DNA of 64,000 nucleotides from Klebsormidium nitens (lineage: Eukaryota; Plantae; Klebsormidiophyceae): the NCBI GenBank assembly GCA_000708835.1, contig DF237011.1:1-64000 (forward strand). The letters are read 5' to 3'. The notes under the pieces are model-generated. The model worked only from the letters and a program-made list of their open reading frames with translations, was not told the DNA's origin and ran no database searches. Both the position numbers and the translations under genes were made by a program. Shown one piece after another: positions 39,001 to 51,703 of the stretch. The first letter of the stretch is position 1. Each line of letters opens with the position of its first letter.

Positions 39001-39996
39001 ACTTGCTCGGACATTTGGTGCACAGAATGCTCAGTCCAAAGTCCTTCTTGCGATTTCCGTCTCGATCTTCCAACTATCCCCTGTCGCAGACATCGAGCCT
39101 GGGTTCACTTTTGGCATCCGAAGGTGCTTGAACTTTGATGTACAGAACGCTTGATATGTAGTACCTCTTCCGGGTTTCCGGGTCTTCCGTCAGACCCATT
39201 GCTTCTGCTGCTGCTTTTCATTCCAGTCACTGACTTCGGATTCATCTATAGCATCCGAACTTGCTCGAACTTTGGTGTGCGGAATGGTGAATCCGACTCG
39301 TTCCGCCTTGCGACTCCCGTTTCCGGTCTCCTGTCTGACTGATGGTTCCCTTGCTCTTCTCTCTTACAGACATCGAGTTTGGGTTCAACTACGGCATCCG
39401 CACGCTGCTCGTTTACACAGGCGTGACCACCCCCGAATTGTTGCATGAACACAGGCGAGTCCGCTTTTGTTCGCTCCACTCGCTAAAGCCTTCCAGGCTG
39501 CCCTTTGGTGATTTAAATCTGCGCCGTCAGAAAAGACGTTCGTTCTCTTCACCTCTGTGACGGTATTTTCCGATTTTGGGTTTTTAGGCTTTCACTGTCC
39601 CGTCGTCTCCGTGCCGCTTTCCAGGGCTATGAACAGCATTGTCCTGGTCAGTTCTCGAATACCGAAAACCTGTGATTGGCTCTTCAGCCGCTTGTCACAA
39701 ACCAGGCTTTGCAAGCAAAGCATCCTGTTCGAACGAATGCCTTCCAGATGATTTGCAAAGGTCAAAGCAGCGGCGCTTCGATGCTCTCGACCAACTTTTC
39801 AGCCGTCTCCGTCGTAGTTCCAAGTCTGAAAGCAAACCAGCTACTAACGTGCACTTTAACGTCGATTTTGATCTGCAGGACGAAGAAGCAGATTGTGCCC
39901 GACCTATGTTTGTCCCGGTGTTTCCAGTTTGCTCTCAGGCTGTCAAACTGGTCGTGGCGGAAAAGCAGGCAGGTAGCCGAAGTCGGGTGCCGGTGA
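33031..39996 (+). CDS. PGLP: HAD-family phosphoglycolate phosphatase (PGLP/PGP/Pho13-like) with an N-terminal transit-peptide-like exon; last exon ambiguous
   Basis: Exons 33031-33175, 33712-33906, 34272-34342, 34631-34675, 35048-35161, 35589-35615, 36021-36107, 36301-36348, 37055-37142, 37664-37725, 38442-38547, 39370-39454 (GC donor) and probably 39879-39996. Motifs FDCDGVLW, VTNNASKSR, VVVGFD, FIATN, MGKPEP, MVGDRLDTDI, LLVYTGVTT. Confidence 0.88.
38985..39400 (+). repeat. Decayed ~140-bp copies of the acceptor plus start of PGLP exon 39370-39454
   Basis: cag|acatcgag..tgggttca....ggcatccg at 39090, a TG-mutated copy at 39233 and a weaker remnant at ~38995. Confidence 0.75.
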
Positions 39997-40746
39997 AGCA
40001 CGTCTAAAAGAGCCATCGACATTTCGAATATAGAATCAAAGGCTTGATAAGTATCAAGCAGCGAACTTAGTCCAGCAAAACATTACGGTTCTTGAGCGGG
40101 TGGCTTCAGTATGTTTCGGAGTGCAAAACGGTCGTATGTTGTCAACAACATCCAATATCTGCACCTTACAAGGAGTTAGAAAGTCGCACATGTCCCACGA
40201 CTTCCTAAATATCATACAGAACGTTGTTAATCACCTGATTCTCATAAGTAAAGTGCATGTGAGGAGCCTCGAGACCGGGCTGAGACTCACTGAGCCTAGG
40301 CACGGGTGAAATGCTCAGTCCCGCTGCCTACCGCACTGATCGACCATGAGGAATACAGCAACTGGCCCGAGCCGCTCTGCGCTGCTACTAAAGGTTTCAT
40401 TGTGCTAAGCAACCGTCCGGAGCTCTATCGAGCGGCCCCACGGGCGCCCCACGCTCAACCATCAGTGTAAGACGGTCCGATCGGCGGCCTCGGCCAAATG
40501 ATTGAATAGAACCGCACGCCATGGCGCAAAAATCTGCTGCATTGGTATGGAGTCGGCCCCATGGCCGGGCATGATCATTTGCAAGCATGCATGAGAGCTT
40601 ATATTTAGTTGATTAGTAAATTGCGCATATATACTATAGTCACACGGTTGCTAGGTAGTACTCAGCCTCTAGGCTACTGAAGTGCAGGCGGCGGGCCAAA
40701 ATTGAATTTTGTCAGGAAATGCCCTTACCGTACGTTGGAAGGGAGA

Positions 40747-41962
40747 ACACGGGAGACCTATGGTGGGTTTATGGTTGCGCAACCATAAACCAATTTGCCT
40801 GCGCAGGCAAATTGCTGCACATCGCCGGCAAAGGCGGTAGGTCAAACCTGAGAAATACCTGCGATGGCCGACCTCCGGTTGTCGGATTTCCGTACGGCGA
40901 GCGTACATATCGTTTAGCTCGAAACCCTGGGATCTAGGCAGTATTCTTCGACTTCGATACTCGTTCGGTCCACAGACCGCTCGGTACCTCATCCTAGTAG
41001 GCGGGGGACCATACTTCCCACACAGTAACTTTATCATGGTCGTAGCTTGGCCTTTCTGCATATGTGGTGTTAGTTCAGAGAGCCGGTGGTTCGGGCAGCT
41101 TCTGGAGTCCGGGCTTTCGGTGTAGTACGGTCAGCCTGCTCTTGCAGGCGCCCCTTGATTATTTTCTGCAGTCTCGTGATGTCGCCGGAGTTTATTCGGG
41201 TCGTACGGTACAATCGCTCTCGAAATAGCCAAGTGTCATCACGTGAACACGTGTCATTTGCTAAACTCAAGACCGTACGGTCGGTGTCAGACCGGCCACT
41301 TAAGTAGGTTTTAATACTACACAGCTTTGACACTGGACTAGTTTGGTACTTCTAACAATGTTTGTTCATCAGCGGAGTGTCATGATATAGTACGTACCGG
41401 TGTTCGGAGAGGTCTGCACTCTGTATTGCGCACAGTGCACACTGCACACTACCGTACACACTGCACACTGCACACTGCCCCAGGGGCCCGAGCTCGGGGG
41501 TCGGGAGTCGGGACCCGGACCGAGAACAAAAGCAAAGTTCTGAAAAGGGGAGGACTTCGAAAAGGGCAGATCATGGCTGCCCTTATTAGCGACCTTCCTC
41601 CTCAAACGACCTAACAAGGCCACCTTCCGGACCACTTCAGCTTAAATCCAGCTTTGGGCGCCACAGCCAAGGCACTCGGCAAGGCCTGGAAAAAGCCGCG
41701 ATGATGTGCCCTTCAAAATGGCGGGTTTATGAGTCTGTATAGTGGCAGCACTTTTAGGGGCAAATTGCGGCAATCTGTAGGAAATAGGGAGGAAAATGAA
41801 AAAATTGCAGCCCGGGGCGTGGATATTCGCAGGTCGGAACCTACCGATTACCTTCACTCGAACCTACCAAGACTCCCTACGACGGTCGGTAAACCGTACG
41901 GACTTTGCCGCAATATTCGAAAATTTGCAGGCACCCAAACCCGCACCATAGGTCTCCCGTGT
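40747..41962. mobile_element. Putative non-autonomous DNA element (MITE-like) with 19-bp terminal inverted repeats
   Basis: ACACGGGAGACCTATGGTG at 40747-40765 and its exact reverse complement at 41944-41962. Shared subterminal motifs (cggcaaag; cggtaggt..acctg.gaa). No transposase ORF and no target-site duplication seen. Confidence 0.55.
41428..41480. repeat. (CACTGCA)-like microsatellite inside the TIR element
   Basis: gcacagtgcacactgcacactaccgtacacactgcacactgcacactgccc. Confidence 0.7.
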
Positions 41963-42948
41963 GCGTGACTTGAATGTAGTATTGCTCAATATTGTGGCAT
42001 GCACATGGTTGGAACTGGGCAAGTCACTAAGCCATGTTGCATGTGCACACTCTAGCTGTCAAAGCTCTATTCGACGTACATGCCACACTGGCAAAACCTG
42101 TGCAGCCTAATAAAGCGGCCAGCGCGACAACATTGTCACATCAGTATGATACGATATCATGCTTCCAGACATTTGCAATCGCATTCCGCACTCCGATGCA
42201 CGCATCCACCTCTTTTCCGAGATCACTCACCTAGCATGCATGGTTTACCAAATTACCAACCAGATCCAACTAAACCGATTCAGACAGTGGACACGGGATC
42301 GAACTCAATGGACCATCTTCAAATCCGTGACTCAAGGCGGTGTCGGAACATCGATTCTCAACATCCGGACAACTCAATAGTATATGGCTAATGTCCGCAA
42401 GACAGAAGTCTACTTAGAGCTTGAATGATCTCATACATTCCAAGCTTTAAGAAAGCTCTGGGAAAGCAAGATATTTACACCGTTTCACAAAACCTACTCT
42501 ACTACCCACTCATACCACCGACTACCCAACTGCATTTACACCAGCTCCGGACTACCCACTCACGTTATCCAGGACATTTGCAAATGCACACCCTAGCTCA
42601 AAAGGATTCCGGTCCTATTCTTACTCTTTATAATGATCGGTGAATTGTAGGCGATTGCTTATTCAATTTGTGGTCTAAGATATCATCGTGATTCAAAGTC
42701 GATCAGCCCACTTGACGCCCAGCTTTCCTATCGGACTCCAATTTGACTGGTTCCCGACCGCAATGCCCTGATCCTGTTTCTCTCCTGCGACCTCGGCCGA
42801 CTGAATGCAACGTCTCTCTTACGAGAGACCCCTCACTGTCCTCCACTTCGTGCCACAAACTTCCGTCGATTGAACCACTACTAACGAGAAGACGGTATAA
42901 GCATAACAAAAGCAAAAACCCCGAGGGCGCAATCGAATACAAGTCGGT

Positions 42949-45900
42949 CTAAGATGAGCCTTTCTCTCCTGGAGCGCCGTACGCGTCCCCGCTATTTACA
43001 GACCCCCCCTGAAAGTAGTCCGGCCAGTCGGGGTGCTCCTGCGCAAAGCTGCTGAGCTGGTCGTCAAACCCCCCGCCCAGGTTCGCGTCCCCCAACTGTG
43101 AACCCAATCCGCTCGGCTGTGAGTGCAAAAAGTCCTGGTACAGGTCGAGCGGTTCGCGGGATAGGGAAAGGGTGCGCAGCAGGGGCGGGGAAGATACAAA
43201 GTCGGCCGACGAACGCCCGGGGCCGGTGCTGTCAGGCCGGTCGCCGCTCAGGTTCAGCAGCGAAGGTTTCGGACCCATGCCCAATCCGATTCCGTTTCCG
43301 GCGGAATCCGGCCTGCCAGAGTTAGACGAGCCCACCCCATACCGCTGCGGACTCGAGCGCGCACCCAGCGTCACGGGCAGACAATTTGGCTGCCCCGCCC
43401 GGAAGCCCGCCAGTCCGTACCGCTCAACAGTACCGAGCCCGGGCCGGATGGCAGTCGCCATGACGCCACGTGTCACCAGGGGGTGCGCGACGCGGGCCAC
43501 GTTCCCGGCCAACCGGGGGCGTTCCTGAGGTCCAAGAGATTGGAGTTTTTGGGTCGGGCCGAACTCGCCGACTCTGAAACCCCGGGGCCCCGACTTGGGA
43601 GCCGTGGGCTGGCCGTACTCGAACGGTTCGGGGGGGTCGTTTTGCCGGGCAGGGCCGCCCCCCGGGAAACCGAAGTTGTCGCTGGAGGGCCCGAGCGACA
43701 AGTCAGGGGACGTTGTGGCGCCGACCGGTTTCAGAGCGTATAAGCCCTTGTCTATACCCTGAACCCCCTCCACTTGGAACACCTGTTGCTGACCCCTAGC
43801 CGTGTCGATCCAAACCGGCATCACGGCGGGCGGCAGGTTTTGTGGGCCCCCCCTCCCGGACTTTTCTTCCTGGTCTGGTTTCACCCGTGCATCCAACGGC
43901 TCGGAGCCGACATTGGACGGCCCAGGTGTGGCGCGTCCCTGCATTGTTTCTCCAGGAGGGCCCCTTCCAGAATCTGCGCCGAGGGGGGGTTGCTCGAACG
44001 CCTCCTGGAGCGCCACGTCATTCCCCCCGCCGCGGGAACCGGCGCCCATACCCTGCCAACCGAGCGCCATCATCGCGTCCGGGACGAGCAGGCCCGCACG
44101 TGCGAGCGCCACTAACCCCGCGCCAAACCCTGCCTCGAACCCCGCCTCGTATTGCGTGATCGGAGAAGTGTTGCCCTGCTGGGGGGGTCCTCCGGCCCCG
44201 AGAAAATCGGGTTTGGTTCCAGGGAGCAGGAGGGCTGCGGCGGGCATGGGGGCGACTGAGGGGTTGGACGTGACGCTCAGGGGGATACCGTAGGAGGTTT
44301 CTGTCAGGTTCAGGGGGGTGCTGGGGCTGCGGATCGAAGTCCCATGGAGCTTGGGGGTCTGTTGCTGGCTGCAAGGAGCGAAGAAGTCGGTTAGGATCCT
44401 CGAGTCGAACAGCGAGGGTGTGTGGTTCTAAGAAAGTACAGGTGCGTTCCTCCTTAACCTTTTATAAAATCTTGCTTGGCCAGTTTCATTCTCGCAAGTA
44501 GCGCCGTTTCTAACCCCAATTCGAAAGTATTGGTAAATTGACTGTGCCTTGGCTTCAGATTTGCAACCTTGACACAGGAGACTTTTAGTATGTGGTTCGA
44601 GGTTGCAGACAGCCCTGAGACAACGTTTGTTCCTTAGAATAATTCAACATCTCTTGTGAAAGAGAACTAAGAGGACTCAATCCTACCAGCACTGGCAGTC
44701 AGGACAAAATCGAATCACTGAGAACTTGAGATGAAAGACAGCAAACCGTTTCTGTTGATGGCGTGCTACCTAAGCTAGACAAACCAGAAGCAGACAGCGG
44801 TCCTTTTTCAAAATTCATTTTCCCTCTTAATTATGGAACATCTGTATAAAACTAGGGACCAGCAAATCTGCTCGAGAAAACACTATTGAACAGGGCCACC
44901 ATAAGCTCCCAACCATGCATGTCGCTTCTTATCGGAACCGAATGATAGCAAGGCCAATCTCAACTCCTCTTCACCAGTTTTCGCGAAGCAAAATCCCTTT
45001 GTTTTGGGCCTTCAACAATGGCGACACATAGGAGCGTTTCCAGAATCTGAAGATGGACAAAAGGAAGGCACAAGGGATGGGGCGGGCCAAACTACACCGC
45101 CATGTATTTCTTCCAACCGCTCGGATCCAACTCTGCAAAGCTTCGTTCGATGACAGACGCCTGTCATCCCAACAGATTGCGTTCACAGGTGACGAAGTCA
45201 AACGTAGGGCTGCTGGGTTACCTTTCATAGAAAGCCGCAGCCTCACGCGCCGCCTTCGCCTGGACCTTTGCCTTCTCATTCTCCCGCTCTGCAAGAACAC
45301 GCACCACCGATTCTCTCAAGGAGAGGTCCAGCAAAAGCAGTTGGTTTATGCAGAGTCCCAAAAGTTGAAAGCAAGTCAGCAGTTTTCAACTGCTTACATC
45401 GTGCGCTCTTTCTGCATAGACAGCACCAAGGCATAGAGAAAAGTCTTCTCATGATAACAGGGTCTTTTCGAGGCAGGCAAATTTACGGGACCATCAGACA
45501 ATCAGAACTCGCATGCTTCATGGGGCAAATCGTGAGAAAGCGAGCGTACACAATCGATTGGGAATGTGAGGAAGGACACAATACTTAAGCATGGCACGAG
45601 ATCATCGCTTTGTGGTCTAGTCAAGATCGACGTGCAACACTGTAATCTGGACACACTTCGCCATCAAATAGCAGTACGTCTACGGCCAGGGGCCCATATT
45701 TAAGAATGAAATGGGCTCCTGAAAGGTCCCTCCGTGATCCCGGATATCTCCTTAACCAACAAAGAAATCAATTCTTACTCAAAGCGTACTCTGTGCATCC
45801 AACAAGCTACGACTCTCCCGAATTACTGTATTTGTAGAAGCTTCAGCTCCCAAAACTCTAACTGAAAAGTTGTAGCATCCAAAGACATCGTCTATGCAAC

Positions 45901-48900
45901 TCTGACTTCTGGCCAGAACAGAGGCTGTGTTAACCGTCCATCGACGGGGGAAGCACTCACCTCTTGCAGTATCCTGACACATAAAAGCTTTGCCCGAGAT
46001 CCCCCTGCAATCCTACTCAAGACCCTTCAGCGTCCAAAGACATGGTCTATACAACTCTAAAACTGACCAGAACAGAAGCTCTAAAATTTGGAGTAACAAA
46101 ACGGAGGCACTCACCGGCTCTGTGCCGGTTCATGTGGCCACCCAGCGCCTGCGAGACCAGGAAGCGCTTCCCACAGAAGCGGCACTCGTAGACGGTCTGG
46201 TGACCGTCCGCTATCGTTTTCCAGCCGCCCAGATGGTGGTCCTCTTTGCCGTCTCTCGCACCTCCGCGCAAGTTCCCCGTGGGTTTCTCCTCCCCTGCGG
46301 AAGAAAATGCTCGAGAGGTCAGGACTTGTTGAAACGTGGATTAGGTGTACTCATTCGAGTGTTAGAGTCGGTTTGAGAAGATGCTTGGAGGAAACCCAGG
46401 CAGTCAAAGATGGAGAATCCACGAAATGGATATTTTCAAAAGGTATGTAAGAGACGGTATTGCTCGAGTGCATTGACCTGCAACAGGCACAGTACCGAGA
46501 ACCGATGAGGCTTGGACCCACATGAAGCATCACATCTTGACCCTGTTGAGAGCCAACAGCCCAACTCGACTTCTGAAGAGTCCTCACGATTAGGCAAGAG
46601 CTTGAATCGAGGATCGAAGCCCCAAATCTGTCTGCAAACAGAGCGAGAGGCCCCTCTTCCCCTATAAGGAGAGAGCAAAATCTGCAACTAGTAGGTACCA
46701 AGAATTGACACAGCCATCAGAAACACTATCTTTTGTGAGTCCTCAACACGTTACTGGACTCTATATGCAGACGACCTCTACACAATGTTTCTTCAAAAGT
46801 ACTCCCCATATCAAGTGCAGAGTTCACATGCCGTTGCTTCCAGACTTGCTTGTGGCACCCGCACAAATCCTGGGACTGCTGGTTTATGCAACCACAAGGA
46901 AATTGCTCTCATTAAGGCCGAAACGGTTGAAACTTCTATGCAACCAAATGACGCACGCTCTTTACCTGAACTCTTCTTCTCGTTTCTCGGCCTCTCTGCC
47001 TCGCTCGCCCTCGCCTCCCCCTTCCGCACTGACTCGCTGCTGTCGCTCCCCGTGTGCTTCCGCTTCTGTCCAGACTGCACCGTACTCTCGTTGCTCCCCT
47101 TTCCCCCGTCATCATCCGCCCCCAAGTACCCCCCCTTATTCCTCTGAGGGACGCCAACGCTGGCCTTATCAGGGCTGCCAGGGGTAAAGCCGTCCAGAAC
47201 CCCGCCGTTCGTCTTCCTGGCGCGCTTTCTGGAACTACCCTCGCTGCTGCGATCGCTGACGTCACTGTCAGTCTCGCTGACGCCAGCGCCGCCGCCCCCC
47301 CCCCGCACCTCATCGAGTCCGCGTGCTCTTTGCAGTGCTCGCCCCCACTCTTGGAACCGGACCTCCTCGCTCCGTCCGATTCTGACCCAGATCCGGACGG
47401 GGTGCGCTTTTTCTCTGTCCTCTCGCTGTCCTCCAGGTGGAAACTAGCAAAGCCCTCGAGCGCGCGCTTGTCTTCTTTCCCGCCGACAGACAGGCCCCCG
47501 CTCTTTGCTTGCCAGTCCTCGGAGGTGCCCCAATGTGGGGAGCTGCTGTCTTTCGTATCCCAGTCGCTCCCTGACCCGTTGGTCGGCACATGCAACCTGT
47601 AGCAAAGGGCGTCCCCAGCAGCCTTCTCTTGGCGCTTTGGCACTTCTCCCAGGTCCGACGTCTTCTCCTCTGCAGAGACATTTCTATCAGGGGGAGCCTC
47701 TTTCAGCTGATGTTGCTCTTCGATCCCGTCCTCTTTCCCAAACTTTTGACGCTGTGATTCCCCTCTCCCTCTAATGTCTATCTGCGTAGAGAGAGGCGTT
47801 GCTAAACCCTGAGAAACCCCAAAGCCACGCATGGCTTCTGAGGGATCTGCTCCACTCCCACGAACTGCGACGTATGGAAAGAACCGGTTTGTTCTCCCCG
47901 GCACCTCAGGCTCTTGTGAAACACTCTCAAAGTAGAACTGCTTTGAGGGACCTTTTTCTGCCAGTCTCGACCCTGCATGAGACTGTGGCTGTGGCTGCAG
48001 GTCCCGGAGGACGGGCACAGTAGGCCCTGTGCCTCCATGTTGGCCACCAAACATAAGGCTGCCGCTGTCTCTCTGAAGCTTCAACAGGGCCTCCTCAAAC
48101 AGGCTCATCGTCTCCTGGACAGACTCGAGCGAGCTCTTTGAGGGTTGGTAAGGTTGTTCAGTCCCAGGCACTGAAAGTGCCCCAGAGACTAAGGCTTGCG
48201 GATGCTGCAACATCTCTTGCTTAACGTCCTTGCAGGCTTGACCGCTCGACGTGTGTCCTCCCTCGAAACCTGGGACAAGCAAGGTTGAAAATAGTCGTCA
48301 ATCTGCATGCTAGCAACACACTATGAATCATGATCCTGTGAATGCCTGGTCGTGGAACTTTGAGTTATGATTACCACCCTTGGTTTCTGATGGGAGAGTG
48401 CATCACAGTGCTGACGTTTGAACAGTGCTAGACAGAAGAGCAAAGCATGAGGCTGGCGATAAAGTATGCTTCGCAATCTTATTGTCCAGTTTCGATAGGA
48501 ACAATGTTATGACAGGTACATTTACAATGCTTCGAAGGCTAGCTTGGCTTCTTGCTTGCTTCTTTAAGGGACAGCCTGCTCAGCGCAGCGCTCAAGTAGG
48601 GCTTTGATCAAATCCAGGACAACATGCAGATTCATGGTTTTCCTGATGAACCTTACAGACCAGATTGACTTGAGATCCTCTGAAGTTTGCTCTGGAGACG
48701 TCCAAATGTTTCTTGCAAATTACTTGGAGGAATCTTAAAGTTGCAGGATGTAACAGCATCCCTTGTTGATCAACGCACTGAGAAGTCTTTGGGTAAGAAG
48801 AATGAGCAGAACCATTTTCAATCGATAATCTGCAAGCTGGAAAGTCTTCTGATGTGACAGCCTTCATGTGAAAGTGTGCGGCGATTGCAAGCATGCGGGT

Positions 48901-50015
48901 TCAACTTTCCAACAATCGGAAACAAAGCAACCTGTGCAAACTGGACATTTCGGAGCTTGCATGCAGAAATTATCTTAAGACCTGGCGTGAGAATGTGCAC
49001 CAGGTGTTACGTTCTCTGTGCTCACTTGCTTACATCTACGCACAATGTGCAGAAAGGAGAGGAGGAAAAATTGAGGGCAGAAACACAGTAATATTGATGA
49101 GGAAAAGCTCACCTCTGTTCTTAGGTCTCTCTTCCACCTGTGGGGTTGAACCTGCCAGGGTTCTCACAGGGGTTTCTCGTTACCCTACTGTACAGCTTCT
49201 GTGTTTGTCCTTGACCTGCAGAGCAATCCGGGTCAAGGGTAAATGTGGGGCCTCACTTCAAGGGCCACAAGGATAACCTGAAAGGAGTAGAAACCAAAGA
49301 ATTCACCACTTTCTACAAAATATGCAACTAGCTCTTGCTGGAGTGTGCCATGCCAAGCTTCTCTACCAAGTTGAACACGCCTCATTTGCAGTCATTGTGC
49401 ATCTGTTGGGGCAATGTAGCAAAGTGTGACCAGTGGCATCCTTGTATTGCAGATCCTCCAGGGGTCTGCTTCAACGTCAACAAATGCAAAATGCAACACA
49501 TTTGAAGACCAGCCAAATCTGAAGCTGAACTTCTAGTGAGGAAGATATGATTCTTATCACAGTTTCTTCTATCCCAAAAGCTTGCTAACGTATCTAGCCG
49601 ACTTAGATACAGAGCTCACAACCTTGCTCCTCGCATCCTTGATCTACAATCCATCTCATCTGCTTTTTCTTCAAAGCTACAGCCAGGAACATCCTTGGTA
49701 CACAAACCACCTTGACCAGCTCTTCCACATTCCAAAATGGAAAAGTTCTGTTGCATATTCCAAGGAGTATATATGCTTGCATGCCCGCTGGATCATCATT
49801 GACGAAGCAGGCACAGGCGGTGCCAACTCTCTCTGCGCAGAAACTACAACAAGCTCCTCTGGTCAACCCCGTGCATGCAGTCATTTGTTTACCTGCAACA
49901 CCATTTGTAATCAAAGCTGAGGGCTCAATCGTTTTGCAAAACGTCACTGCCTAGAATAGATTTGTGTTCCCCTCCTTACCTCCAATGATAGTTTGAACTT
50001 GAAACTTGCCCTCAT
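42949..50015 (-). CDS. Large, mostly low-complexity protein with one plant QALGGH-type C2H2 zinc finger (JAGGED-like finger context), ~1010 aa if the frameshift is corrected
   Basis: Exons 48269-46966 (1-nt frameshift at the C10 run 47295-47304), 46294-46115 (YECRFCGKRFLVSQALGGHMNRHRA), 45288-45222 (ERENEKAK) and 44368-42949. Tentative 5' exons 50015-49980 and 49137-49113 fit by phase only. Confidence 0.72.
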
Positions 50016-51638
50016 GCACCACTTTCAATACTTTTCATTCCTCCCCCTGCTTGCTGGTGCGGCTTATTGGCTGTTCACTTCTTCGAGATGGTCGTATAAT
50101 CAAACCACCTTCACATAGACTGTCTAGTTTTGACCCCCCTGCGCCGCCAATGTCATGCTAGAAACCAGTTTGTTCATGCCAATGCTGGAGGGACAATGTC
50201 AACAGTGCTTAACTTTCCTAGTATAGGCATACAGAGGCAGTCACTTTCCTTTGAAACTCCCGACAGCTCCTTGCGCAAGCAGCCTTCTCTCTAAGGAAAA
50301 GCGTCTCCCGCCCCCGGCATACCGCCATTGTTGACAGTTTTGCTCAGCCTTCGAGGAGGAACAGGGAACACTACGTCGTAAGGTTGGCCCCAACCTGCTG
50401 TCAAAAGTATCTGACTCTGTAAAAGTGCACCTCTGCGTGAGCTGCATGAGCGGTCCAGCTGCTTGAGAAAACAGTGAAAATTTTTCTCCACACGGAAAAT
50501 TGCGCCAAGTCAGCCCATGCTGGTTCCCCGATCCCCAGCACCGGCCATGTGCGCCGCTTTCAAATTTGCAGAATTTAATGGGCGACATTCATGACGCATG
50601 CAGGAAGCCGCAGAGGAATCAAAACATGGTTTTTGTGCCTGACGTTACACGTATCTGAAAATCTGTGGAAACGGCGGAGAGCCCTCACTTTGTCCACCGT
50701 GGCAGCTTGGGCGAATCAACTTTACAAATTGAGATTCCTGCACCGGCGGCTTTTGCGGAAAGGGCCCCAACGAGATCCTCCGATGCGTATTTGCACGCCA
50801 CTTGGCGTGGGCAATTTTGAAAAGGTACAAGCGGTCAAGTGGCCCCTCCGGCCCCGCGTGGGATATGACCTCGCGCTACCAGCAAACTTGCCCGGCTGAG
50901 ATTTCTATACCGGTACAGCTCTCAACCGGGCTAGAAGAAAATCTTCCGGATCTGTAGTAGACTGTCAATGTGCAATGCATGCGGCCGCATATCACCGGTA
51001 CGCAGCGGCCGGTTGAGAAAGCCCTGTCAATCTGCAATGAGTATTCATGTTGGTATTGTGGACACGTGAAAGACGCAAAGCCTCCGTACACCGTTTCGTG
51101 AGCTGTCAGCGCCTCCATCAATCATTGAGATGATGCTGGCTGGCAGTTGGGCCCTGGGGCCGCGGCCCCGCGGGCCGCAGACGCCGACTCGCCGGGGCCC
51201 GGGTACGTCACGGTATGGTAGGCATGCACTGCGATTCCGGCCTACTGACTCCTGAGGCTACTCAGTGCTCACTCCCGACCTGCAGGCTGGGGAGTGGGAA
51301 CTGTAATTGAATTTGCAGAGATCGTGGCGCAACTTAATTGATTGCGCCAATTGGGGTTGCGTCGGATTTCGCCAATATTCCGCCCAGAGCCCCTATTTCG
51401 CCAACCCGGCGCAATTCTCAAAAGATTTTGCTTATATGCACATAAGATACCAGTTTTGAGACCAGAGTTGGTCAAAATCAGATTGAGAGCAGTCGAAATC
51501 GCGGTTTTGGCTCAGAGAATTGACTTCGCAGATTCTGCATATTGCGTTTTCACGGATTTGTATACGGTGAACGGAGTTTGCAGCATAAGCGGCAAGCGGA
51601 AGGCCCTTGTATTTCGCCAATTTCGCCGAATTGCGCCA

Positions 51639-51703
51639 ATTAGTGTTAGTGCATAGCGGGTTTGCATTTTGAATTAGGGTTAGTGCATAGCGGGTTTGCA
51701 TTT
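51639..51703. repeat. Two-copy tandem duplication, period 34 bp
   Basis: attag.gttagtgcatagcgggtttgcattt at 51639 and 51673. Confidence 0.85.

Noticed and set aside
43098-44293. Several plus-strand ORFs of 75-163 aa
   Set aside because: Antisense to the GC-rich last exon of the zinc-finger gene, where stop codons are naturally scarce.
46936-47294. C-terminal 120 aa of the 448-aa ORF as real protein
   Set aside because: Composition changes abruptly after the G10 run, while the alternative frame looks coding and splices in phase to the zinc-finger exon.
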